Part shown: positions 1-7,997 of the stretch, piece by piece
Position numbering within the stretch: the first letter of the stretch is position 1
How the letters are laid out: each line of letters starts with the position of its first letter
Source: Bdellovibrionales bacterium
GTDB taxonomy: Bacteria; Bdellovibrionota; Bdellovibrionia; Bdellovibrionales; UBA1609
Direction of reading: 5' to 3'
NCBI GenBank assembly: GCA_965203095.1
Contig: OZ241877.1
Span: 1,504,001 to 1,568,000, forward strand
DNA: 64,000 nt
The notes under the pieces: generated by a model
Seen by the model: only the letters and a program-made list of their open reading frames with translations
What the model was told of the DNA's origin: nothing
Databases searched by the model: none
Program-made: the position numbers and the translations under genes

Positions 1-143
1 ATGGCTATTCAGCTCATCAGTAAAATGAAACTTAAGTTTAAATCTCAATCTCATTTGAGCTGAAGTCTTTTTCATAAAACTTACTGTTCTCACAAAGCTC
101 AAAGTCATTTTTCTATTCAGCTTGGCTATCGCGAACACATACA

Positions 144-247
144 ATTCCTTTGAGAGCGGGAATCCAGAAAAGCTTGTCCTTCTGCAAAGCTTATTAAAAA
201 GCTTGCCCAAAAGCCTTTACAAGTTGTTCCCGTGACAGCGGGAATCC
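144..247. repeat. Two dispersed REP-like palindromes
   Basis: ATTCCTTTGAGAGCGGGAATCCA (144-166) and GTTCCCGTGACAGCGGGAATCC (226-247). Confidence 0.7.
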
Positions 248-372
248 TAAAAATCCTTGTTTTTTAAAAAAAATCAGTTTTTTTAGCTTTAAAGCTCAAT
301 TTCCTCAAAAAAATTCCGATAATAAGGACAGGTAAAAGAATATAAATGGATTTTCTATAAGGAGTTTAATCT

Positions 373-813
373 ATGTCTAAATTTAAAAACAATGCCAATT
401 TCAATGGGCGGACAGAAAAAGCCAAAATCATTTTTGTAGGCAGAAACAAGTTTCAAATGAAAAAGGCTCAAAGGTTGGCCAGAGAGAACCAGTGTGATTT
501 TTTGGTTTATTCTGAGGAAGAGTGGGCCACCTTAGAGGAAATTGACCAATACATTCAAGAAGAAGAACTTTCAGAAAGGCTCATTAAACTGCCTATGGGT
601 AGAAAAACAGGTTTAGCTTTAGATGAGATAGAAGAGGAGACCATCAAAAGAGCAGTTAAAAACTCTAATGGGAATATTTTGCAAGCCGCTAATGCCCTCA
701 AAATAGCCAGAGCCACACTTTACAGGAAGATGGAGCGATACGGCTTGAGTTTAAAAAAGCAAAGGGAAGAACAAATTAAAAAACAAAAAAAGATTCTTAA
801 AAGAGTAGCTTAA
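373..813 (+). CDS. Fis-type HTH (HTH_8) DNA-binding protein without an AAA+ domain
   Basis: C-terminal 'LDEIEEETIKRAVKNSNGNILQAANALKIARATLYRKMERY' matches the Fis/NtrC HTH pattern; AAGGAG RBS upstream. Confidence 0.75.
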   Translation: MSKFKNNANFNGRTEKAKIIFVGRNKFQMKKAQRLARENQCDFLVYSEEEWATLEEIDQYIQEEELSERLIKLPMGRKTGLALDEIEEETIKRAVKNSNGNILQAANALKIARATLYRKMERYGLSLKKQREEQIKKQKKILKRVA

Positions 814-823
814 AACTTTTTAT

Positions 824-2095
824 TCATGAGGAGGTGGCTTTCTTCTCCTCTTTTTTTTGTTTGGCCTCTTCATAGCATTGCCGTATGCCTTTTTGAAACT
901 TCAAAACCAAATCTGGCTTTTGTCTACTTCTTAAAGTCCTACCGGCCAGCCGGAATTCCTTTAAAAACCTCCCCTCACTCAGTTGGCAGGCTTTTAAAAA
1001 CCGATTGTATGATTTTTCTTCCTGTTTGTTGTCAAAAAAGAAGTGAGCCATAAGTTGATTGAGTTTTATATTGTCTGGCTGAATGGATAGGGCGGAGTCA
1101 AAAAGAGTAGCCGCTATTTTGCTGTCCTTTTTCATAAAATGAAGGGCGGTTTTGTATTGGATAAAAAAAGATTCTTTAAATTTTTTAGCTATTTTCAATA
1201 ACCATTTGTCAGTATCTTTAGGATGAATTAAAGCCAGAATATAATGGCTTAAAGGGTCTTTTGGATTGTTTTTGACTGCTCGAACACAGGCCCTCCGGCT
1301 CTGTTTTAAAAAGTTGTTGTCGTAGTAGGCTTTGCACAGATGAATGTAATACTCCTTCTTTTTCAAAATTTTCATCATATCTCTAACTACAGATAAAGAC
1401 TCCTTTGTGTGTATATCTTCATCAGTTTTAGGGTCTTTAATCATAAGCTGGTTCATCAAAGCCTCATAAGCCAGAGTGTATTTGGGATTTTTCTTTAAGG
1501 CTTTGTTGAGGCTTTCAATAGCCTGTTTTTTGAACATTTCTTTTTTAAAGGGAAGATGGCGACAAAGTTTTTTCCATTTTTCCTTAGCTTTTTTTTTGCA
1601 TTTTTTCTCTTTTTTGCTTTCCTTTTCGTTTAAATAAAGACTGTGATAACTTAAAGCCAAGAGATAAAAAGATTCAGGATTATTAGGATGATTGGCAGAA
1701 AGGATCTTTAAAACATTGATTTGGTTTTGGAGGTCGTTTTTCTCACCATAGACTTTAGATAAAAGCTTTAAAGTGTCAAAATTGGCCTCATTATAAAGGG
1801 AATTTTCTAAAAACTTTACCGCTTTGGCATATTCTTCAGATTCTAAAGGTTCTGTTTCTAAAATTTCCAAAAAATCTTCAAAAACATCCTTAATTTTCTT
1901 TTGAATAGTGCTTAATTTTTCTGGTTTTGTGGGTTTTATGGAATCAGGAGAGGATTTTGAGGGCTTTTTTAGAAGATCTGAGGGGGATTCATCTTTCAGC
2001 CCTTGTGAGGGGGCTATGCTGGCCTTTTCCTCTTGTTTGGCCTCAGAAAAAGCGGACGAGGAGGGGAAACATAAAAGAAATAAAAGGATTTTCAT
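824..2095 (-). CDS. Exported TPR-repeat protein
   Basis: Signal-peptide-like N-terminus; TPR-like helices (NPESFYLLALSY, KALKKNPKYTLAY, AVKNNPKDPLSHYILA). Confidence 0.65.
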   Translation of the reverse strand: MKILLFLLCFPSSSAFSEAKQEEKASIAPSQGLKDESPSDLLKKPSKSSPDSIKPTKPEKLSTIQKKIKDVFEDFLEILETEPLESEEYAKAVKFLENSLYNEANFDTLKLLSKVYGEKNDLQNQINVLKILSANHPNNPESFYLLALSYHSLYLNEKESKKEKKCKKKAKEKWKKLCRHLPFKKEMFKKQAIESLNKALKKNPKYTLAYEALMNQLMIKDPKTDEDIHTKESLSVVRDMMKILKKKEYYIHLCKAYYDNNFLKQSRRACVRAVKNNPKDPLSHYILALIHPKDTDKWLLKIAKKFKESFFIQYKTALHFMKKDSKIAATLFDSALSIQPDNIKLNQLMAHFFFDNKQEEKSYNRFLKACQLSEGRFLKEFRLAGRTLRSRQKPDLVLKFQKGIRQCYEEAKQKKEEKKATSS

Positions 2096-2327
2096 ACAGC
2101 TCGTCCCTCATTTTAGGATTTTTTTATAAAAAAGCAAAAAAAAATTTTAGTTTTGGGCTAAAAAAGCCGATTTTTATATATAAGCCAAGACATTGTGGAA
2201 GGCTTGCCATTTTTGCCGGTTTTTTTGGCTTTTGAAGGGCTATAAAACACCAGCAGGAGGGGCTTAAAGGACAGGGCTTTTTTCTAACAGGAGGATAAGG
2301 ATTGTCCTAAATCTCAAGTGAGGGATT

Positions 2328-2852
2328 ATGAGTAAAAAGAACCAGGTGATATCCTTAGTGAATTATCGCAAAAAAAAACAGCTATCTCAAAGGACAAGCA
2401 AAGCCGCTTCAGATAATGAGTTTTTTGTCTTAGACGAAAAACCCTCAGCTCCTACTACCTCCTCTGTCTATTATATGTCCAACTATTTGAAAACAAAAGA
2501 AAAACCTTTTTTAAATAAAGAAAGAGGGAAAATTTTAGATTTTTCAGCTCATAAATCAGAAGGAGCATCTCATCCCTCTCGTTTTAATATGAATGCTGAG
2601 GAGCCTATCTCTTTAAATGATTACCGTAAATCCAAGGAAGAGAAAACAAAACAACAGGTTTCCAGCCGGTCCCAGAGTTGGGCTCAATCCGCTCTGTCTG
2701 TATCGGCTGTGGCTGTTTTAGCTATGTTTTTGGCCTTTGGTGTTCTGTTTCAAAAACAGAAAGAGGGGGGGCTGGATAGGGCTCCCGCGTCCCCAGGTAA
2801 ACCTTTGATGATTCCCGGAGAAAAACCTTCAGAAAAATATAAGGGCTATTAG
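2328..2852 (+). CDS. Hypothetical single-pass membrane protein with repeated short N-terminal motifs and a RAPAS motif
   Basis: 174-aa ORF, GAGGG RBS, one hydrophobic helix (SVSAVAVLAMFLAFGVLF). Confidence 0.55.
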   Translation: MSKKNQVISLVNYRKKKQLSQRTSKAASDNEFFVLDEKPSAPTTSSVYYMSNYLKTKEKPFLNKERGKILDFSAHKSEGASHPSRFNMNAEEPISLNDYRKSKEEKTKQQVSSRSQSWAQSALSVSAVAVLAMFLAFGVLFQKQKEGGLDRAPASPGKPLMIPGEKPSEKYKGY

Positions 2853-2865
2853 TTAGAGGTGTTTT

Positions 2866-3522
2866 ATGTTTTTGCACAAAAAAGGTTTTAGTTTGGTTGA
2901 GCTTTTAACTACAGTGTCCGTAGTGGGGACTTTATCTGTTGTGGGGATTAGGTCTCAGCAGGCTCAAGTCCATAAAGCCCGTAGTGTTGAGGCCAAACAC
3001 TCCTTATCTTATGTTTATAATGCGGAAAAGGGCTTTTATGAAACATGGAACACCTATCACGAAAATTTAGTAGCGGTGGGGGCCACCCCTTCCGGAATTT
3101 ATTATTATGATGTGGGTTTTGGAAATATTGCCTCAACAATTATAAAAAAAGATGAAGGGAATCTAAAGCAAAACCCTTTAGCCGATAGTTTAAATGTTGT
3201 TGAATGCACCAATTTTGATCGTATTTGCAAGGGCACAGCTACAGGTTCTTGTGCCGCGGCGATTCGAGCTGTTACGACAATCACCACAACATATTCTTCT
3301 TATTTTAGTGGTGTAAATTGCGAAATTAAAGGGGGACTTACTTCTGTAGCGGCGGCGACTGATATAGGCACAGTCATCACAGGCTCTACTGAGGGTGTCG
3401 ATAAATTAGGAGCTAAAGATAATAAATTTTTAGCCGTGGCCACTGCTAAGCTAAAAAGTAATGATGTTTGGACTATCAATAATGAGCAAAAAATCAAACA
3501 TGTAGTGGACGGCACAGAGTAA
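2866..3522 (+). CDS. Type IV pilin / prepilin-type N-terminal cleavage-methylation protein
   Basis: KKG|FSLVELL prepilin motif; C-terminal 'DVWTINNEQK' typical of deltaproteobacterial-type pilins. Confidence 0.85.
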   Translation: MFLHKKGFSLVELLTTVSVVGTLSVVGIRSQQAQVHKARSVEAKHSLSYVYNAEKGFYETWNTYHENLVAVGATPSGIYYYDVGFGNIASTIIKKDEGNLKQNPLADSLNVVECTNFDRICKGTATGSCAAAIRAVTTITTTYSSYFSGVNCEIKGGLTSVAAATDIGTVITGSTEGVDKLGAKDNKFLAVATAKLKSNDVWTINNEQKIKHVVDGTE

Positions 3523-3625
3523 GCCTCTTTTCTCTTGCTTTTCTTACAAACAAAATCAAAACTTATCTAATAACTACTCTATTTTTGACTTTTCTTCATC
3601 CACACAGAATTTGCTAAAAAACCTA

Positions 3626-5260
3626 TTATCTCTGTCCAGTGGAAGAGTTATCGGGTTCAAGCTCTTCTCCCTCTAAAGTGTTTTCCGGTAAAATCTCTAT
3701 CGGTTTCTTATGGACTTTAAGAGTGCATTTGTTTTTACGACACTTGCTGGAATAAGTGAAAGAAGTATTATTTTTCGTCTTTGTAATTCTCTTTTTACCA
3801 GGACCACAACCACACTTTAGACGATCTCCACACATATTCCTCGTGCATTCTGTGGCATAATACATGTTTTTCGATTCCTGAGATATCGCTATAAACTGGT
3901 CCGGATTCTGACAATCAGAAACCAAAACACAATCCGCATCTCTTTTACAAAACTTGTCCCATTTATTACCTTTCCCCTCTAAAAGAGCTTTATAAGTCTT
4001 CTCCACTGCTTGACTGGCTGATAAAAAACCGTTGGATTTATAAATACAAGCCAAGTAAGCCCACAAATCCTTATCATTGGCTTGCAAAAGGGCCGATTGC
4101 CTCAATTTTTTAAAGACTGAAGCTTTATCTTGACAGGTGTTTTGATTAATTTCATCACAAGAAAAAAATCTACACTCCGGAAAAGCACTTTCTATCTCTT
4201 CTTCTAACCCAGGCTCTTTAGGAAAATCGTAAGTTTTAGGATCTTTAATCCTTTGCTTAAAACAAGAAAGATTTTTCCCACAAAGTTTTTTTAATTTTTG
4301 CCCCACCATTCCTAATTTGTAGGCATTGAGCATTCCGGCACCGTTTCTTCTGGGGAGATCATTAGAATATTTTGTGGGGACAGCAGTTTTTTCCAAAAGA
4401 AGTTTAGCTTCTTCAGCTTTAGGATGATAGCCGGATAGCCATTCAAAAGCTCCAAGACTTCCCGTCACCAATGGGGCTGAGGCACTGGTGCCACCAAATT
4501 TTATAGGCTGGCCTTTAGAATTGGCAGAGTAGATATTTTCTCCAGCTGGTGCCAGGATAACCAGTTCTTCATCTTCTTGGGAAAAGGAACTTTTGTCCCC
4601 ATTAGGATCCATACTTCCTACAAGAATAGTTCCTAACTCCTTAGAGGCTTGGGCCTCTATGGGCCAGATGGATCTTTCTCCATAATTCCCAGAGGCTAAA
4701 ATGACAATACTATGGGGAGCCAGGCTTTTAAAAACCTCATAATCTGTATCCTTTAAAACATGTTTTGCATTATCTATTTTTTCTCTTATTTTCTGTTTTT
4801 CCTGTTGTGAGAGTTTTCCATCTTCAAAAAAAGGGCAAACCTTTGCAATATAAGACCACCAAAAGTTTGTTTTGCAATCCTTCGTGCTTTTTGGAGGATT
4901 TTTTAAAAGCCTTTCTAAAGACTGTATTATTTGCTGGTTGTGTTTTCGCCAACTTGGTTTTGGTCCTGTCATTATCCGAGAGTAATTGATAAATGAGGGA
5001 AAAATACTGTTGCAGTCAAGATTTTGGCATTCCTTACTTAAGGGGAAGTTTTTGCATTTACGGGCAAAGGATTCGCAAGCTCTTTTTGCCAAAAGCCATT
5101 CATTTCTTTGTGATCGGATATTGTCTACATGATAAAAATTTACCCCTATAGGTGGGAGAACCGCTTGCTGGCCGGGGGCACTTATCAGATTTGTAGTGCA
5201 CATGCCATGGCTATCAAAACAATTCCCCATATCATCATAGCCTCTATCAAAAGCTGTCAC
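3626..5260 (-). CDS. S8 (subtilisin-like) serine peptidase, catalytic and Cys-rich C-terminal part; probably the 3' part of a frameshifted gene
   Basis: VTAFD (Asp), SHG (His), ASGN (oxyanion Asn), FGGTSASAPLVTG (Ser). Confidence 0.8.
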   Translation of the reverse strand: MTAFDRGYDDMGNCFDSHGMCTTNLISAPGQQAVLPPIGVNFYHVDNIRSQRNEWLLAKRACESFARKCKNFPLSKECQNLDCNSIFPSFINYSRIMTGPKPSWRKHNQQIIQSLERLLKNPPKSTKDCKTNFWWSYIAKVCPFFEDGKLSQQEKQKIREKIDNAKHVLKDTDYEVFKSLAPHSIVILASGNYGERSIWPIEAQASKELGTILVGSMDPNGDKSSFSQEDEELVILAPAGENIYSANSKGQPIKFGGTSASAPLVTGSLGAFEWLSGYHPKAEEAKLLLEKTAVPTKYSNDLPRRNGAGMLNAYKLGMVGQKLKKLCGKNLSCFKQRIKDPKTYDFPKEPGLEEEIESAFPECRFFSCDEINQNTCQDKASVFKKLRQSALLQANDKDLWAYLACIYKSNGFLSASQAVEKTYKALLEGKGNKWDKFCKRDADCVLVSDCQNPDQFIAISQESKNMYYATECTRNMCGDRLKCGCGPGKKRITKTKNNTSFTYSSKCRKNKCTLKVHKKPIEILPENTLEGEELEPDNSSTGQR

Positions 5261-5889
5261 TAAATTTTGATTTTTTTTTTATTAGGCAAGATCTCTTTTA
5301 GCAGATCGACGCCAATCATATCCTGTGCCCAATATTGCCCAGGAAGACCATAAAATTTTGGAACTATTTTACATTGGTTCGACTTTTGGCTGAATTGTGG
5401 CCTTCGAGGAGGAGGTAGTAAAGGAATATTTTCAGCCCACAGTAAAGGCTTTTGAGCTTGATAGGAGGAAGAGACCATTTCCCTTCCTTTAGGACGAGAA
5501 GGGTTATTCATAACACAATGTTTTACAGAGGGAAACTGAGACCGAGGAAAATCAATGCAAATTAACATAGCAGTCATTGGATCTGTTGTCTTACGGCCTT
5601 CCCACCTAAAAGACCAAATTTGAGCTAAATAGAACTCTCTTGCCTTTATTAAAGATTTTTCTTTCATATACCGGATAATTCTTTCTTTCTCTTCCGGTTT
5701 TGGCCATTTATGAAATTCAAGGCTCACTCCCGAAGTTCGAAATTCGAGATGGTTTAAAACACTCTCCTTTTTATGGGGTGGAAGGGGTGGAATTTTTGAG
5801 GACCGCATAGACTTTGGATCTCTGGATTTGGCCTCTATAAAAGGGGCTGGAATTAAAATTAAGATAAAAAAAGCAATCCTAAAACTCAT
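5260..5889 (-). CDS. Signal peptide and prodomain of the S8 peptidase, terminated just after an A10 tract
   Basis: N-terminal signal peptide; 'YWAQDMIGVDLLKE' resembles the pre-catalytic segment of subtilases; stop overlaps the next frame. Confidence 0.65.
   Translation of the reverse strand: MSFRIAFFILILIPAPFIEAKSRDPKSMRSSKIPPLPPHKKESVLNHLEFRTSGVSLEFHKWPKPEEKERIIRYMKEKSLIKAREFYLAQIWSFRWEGRKTTDPMTAMLICIDFPRSQFPSVKHCVMNNPSRPKGREMVSSSYQAQKPLLWAENIPLLPPPRRPQFSQKSNQCKIVPKFYGLPGQYWAQDMIGVDLLKEILPNKKKIKI
5271..5280 (-). repeat. Homopolymer tract (A10 on the coding strand) at the subtilase frameshift
   Basis: Ten consecutive T on the + strand; adding one A fuses the two ORFs. Confidence 0.85.
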
Positions 5890-5952
5890 CCTTAACTCCT
5901 AATTTTATGTAATTTTTAGATTAAAAAATCATTATGAACAGATTTTTTCAAT

Positions 5953-6070
5953 ATGTCAAGATTTTATTAACAACTCGTGAGCTTGTGAAAAACCTTTTGT
6001 TTTTTATCGCAATGTCAAGATTTTATTAACAACTCGTGAGCTTGTGAAAAACCTTTTGTTTTTTATCGCA
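5953..6070. repeat. Perfect 59-bp tandem duplication (2 copies)
   Basis: ATGTCAAGATTTTATTAACAACTCGTGAGCTTGTGAAAAACCTTTTGTTTTTTATCGCA at 5953-6011 and 6012-6070. Confidence 0.9.
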
Positions 6071-6086
6071 TAAGCAAAAGCCACAG

Positions 6087-6194
6087 CATGAGGGGCTAAG
6101 GTATTGTTCCCGTGAACAAGCTTTTCTGGATTCCCGTTTTCACGGGAGTTAAAAAGCCCAGTGGGCTTTTTAACAAGCTTTTTCACGGAGGAAT
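6087..6194. mobile_element. Composite MITE/REP-like element (right part)
   Basis: GAGGGGCTAAGGTATT motif, reversed REP (GGATTCCCGTTTTCACGGGA), hairpin AAAAAGCCCAGTGGGCTTTTT and right end TTTTTCACGGAGGAATA; shared with copies near 22.4, 42.2 and 44.3 kb. Confidence 0.6.
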
Positions 6195-6256
6195 AAGTAG
6201 AGTTTTTTTCTTCCCTTGCAAAAGCGGACCGCAGTTGTTAAAGAAAGCCCTAAGTT

Positions 6257-7984
6257 ATGATTCAAAAACTCATTTACAGTTTTTTATTTTTTGTTTTGCT
6301 ATCCTGCCAAAGCCCGCCTGCTCATAAGGAGCTCTCCGAGGCCCAAAGGCTTTGGTCGGTTCTCCCCCTGCAAGACAGCGGGCGAGTTAAGCCTTTTGAC
6401 AGCTTGGCTCGTGAAGTCTTGAGAGAGATTTATGGTAAAGAGAGCTACAAAGGGCGATCGGCTGTAGAGATCATTTTGTCTTGGCTTTTGGCCCCCGATC
6501 TTTGGGAAGAAACAGAGCTGATAAAAGTGGAGACAGCTATAAAAAAATCTCTCAAACTCCCTTTAAAACCTCAACATTTCCCACCCGCAATATTAAAAAG
6601 CCACCCCCGGTTGGCCCTTCAACTCACTGAATTAAAAAACTTAAGGCAAAGGGAAGAGCCTTTAGAGCCTTATTTTCAAAAATTGGAAAAGTTAGAGAGA
6701 AGGCTTATTCTTTATTCTGCCATTTTGTCCGGTGCTCTCATCCGTTTACAGGCTGAAAAAGAGGCCTGGCGAAGTCTTCCGGAAATGAGCCCCCCGGTGG
6801 AAGAGCAATTTAAAAAACTGCTTTCTGCCTACAGCCGGCTGGTTGTTCAAGCGGTTTCACATACTCTTTCAGATAAAAACTGGCCAAAACAAAAAATTCC
6901 CGAAGAACCGTCGGTTTCACTAATAGCCGGAGGAAAAAAGCCTTCCCCTCTTTTGTTGTCCTTTAAAAAAGAGATGGAGCATTTTCAAAAAATAAGCCTT
7001 AAGGGGCAAAGCTTTTCCCATAAAATTTCAGCAGAGTTATTTTATAATCGCTTTGATCCTTTTAAAAAGGCTTGGATATTTTATCTTCTTTTTTTGCTGA
7101 CTTTACCAGTGCTTTTGATTTTCCAGCGGATGGATCTTTTTAAATGGACTCTCCCTTTAACAGCTATAGGCTTTGCCTCTCACAGTGGGGGCCTGATCCT
7201 TCGCTCTTATATTATGTCTCGCCCTCCCGTTTCCAATATGTATGAGACGGTGGTTTGGGTGCCTTGGGTGGCTTTTCTTGCCGGTGCTCTGTTTTATTTA
7301 AGAGGGGCAAGACTTCCTTTTATTGCTGGATCTTTTCTGGCCTTTTTTTGCCTTTTCCTCACTCATCTGTCTCCAGAAATTTTAGATGAAAGCCTGCAAC
7401 CCTTAGAGGCTGTTTTGCGATCTTCTTTTTGGTTGGCGACTCATGTTTTAGTAATTACTATGAGCTATTCCTTCTTTTTTCTGGCTTTTGTTTTAGGGGA
7501 TATGGTTTTAATATCTTCCCTTTTTAAAAATCAGCCCGATTGGTCTCAAAAAATATTTCCCTCCATTTATCGCTCTATCCAGTGGGGGGTGGTTTTTTTA
7601 GCTGGTGGGACTGTTCTGGGAGGGATATGGGCGGATTACTCCTGGGGGCGTTTTTGGGGCTGGGATCCTAAAGAATCTTGGGCTTTGGTCAGCCTTTTAT
7701 CTTATTTGAGCCTACTCCATGGGAGGTTGGTGGCTTGGATAGGCCCTTTTGGTATGGCTGTGGGTGCGGTAATGATGTTTTTTACAGTGATTATGGCTTG
7801 GTATGGGGTGAACTTTGTTTTAGGGGCAGGTTTGCACTCTTACGGCTTTGGTTCTGGAGGGCTGGAATGGGTTGCGGGTTTTCTTGTTTTGCACTTGCTT
7901 TTATGCGGAACGGCTGTTTTAAAAAAATCCGGGATAGGGAGTTTTATGCAAAGCTTCAAGTCTTTTAAAAAGAATTTTTTATGA
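6257..7984 (+). CDS. ccsA: Cytochrome c biogenesis protein CcsA/ResC (system II) with N-terminal periplasmic domain
   Basis: WWD motif 'WADYSWGRFWGWDPKE', 'GLHSYG', 'PVSNMYET', multiple TM helices. Confidence 0.9.
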   Translation: MIQKLIYSFLFFVLLSCQSPPAHKELSEAQRLWSVLPLQDSGRVKPFDSLAREVLREIYGKESYKGRSAVEIILSWLLAPDLWEETELIKVETAIKKSLKLPLKPQHFPPAILKSHPRLALQLTELKNLRQREEPLEPYFQKLEKLERRLILYSAILSGALIRLQAEKEAWRSLPEMSPPVEEQFKKLLSAYSRLVVQAVSHTLSDKNWPKQKIPEEPSVSLIAGGKKPSPLLLSFKKEMEHFQKISLKGQSFSHKISAELFYNRFDPFKKAWIFYLLFLLTLPVLLIFQRMDLFKWTLPLTAIGFASHSGGLILRSYIMSRPPVSNMYETVVWVPWVAFLAGALFYLRGARLPFIAGSFLAFFCLFLTHLSPEILDESLQPLEAVLRSSFWLATHVLVITMSYSFFFLAFVLGDMVLISSLFKNQPDWSQKIFPSIYRSIQWGVVFLAGGTVLGGIWADYSWGRFWGWDPKESWALVSLLSYLSLLHGRLVAWIGPFGMAVGAVMMFFTVIMAWYGVNFVLGAGLHSYGFGSGGLEWVAGFLVLHLLLCGTAVLKKSGIGSFMQSFKSFKKNFL

Positions 7985-7997
7985 TACAAGGTTTTTT

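Noticed and set aside
1..63. Short frame ending in TGA at 61-63
   Set aside because: May be the tail of an upstream gene but is too short to call
6004..6327. ORFs 6004..6186 and 6112..6327, and similarly 10836..11045 and 42031..42243
   Set aside because: Translations of the MITE/REP modules (SRENGNP, FWIPVFTG); probably spurious
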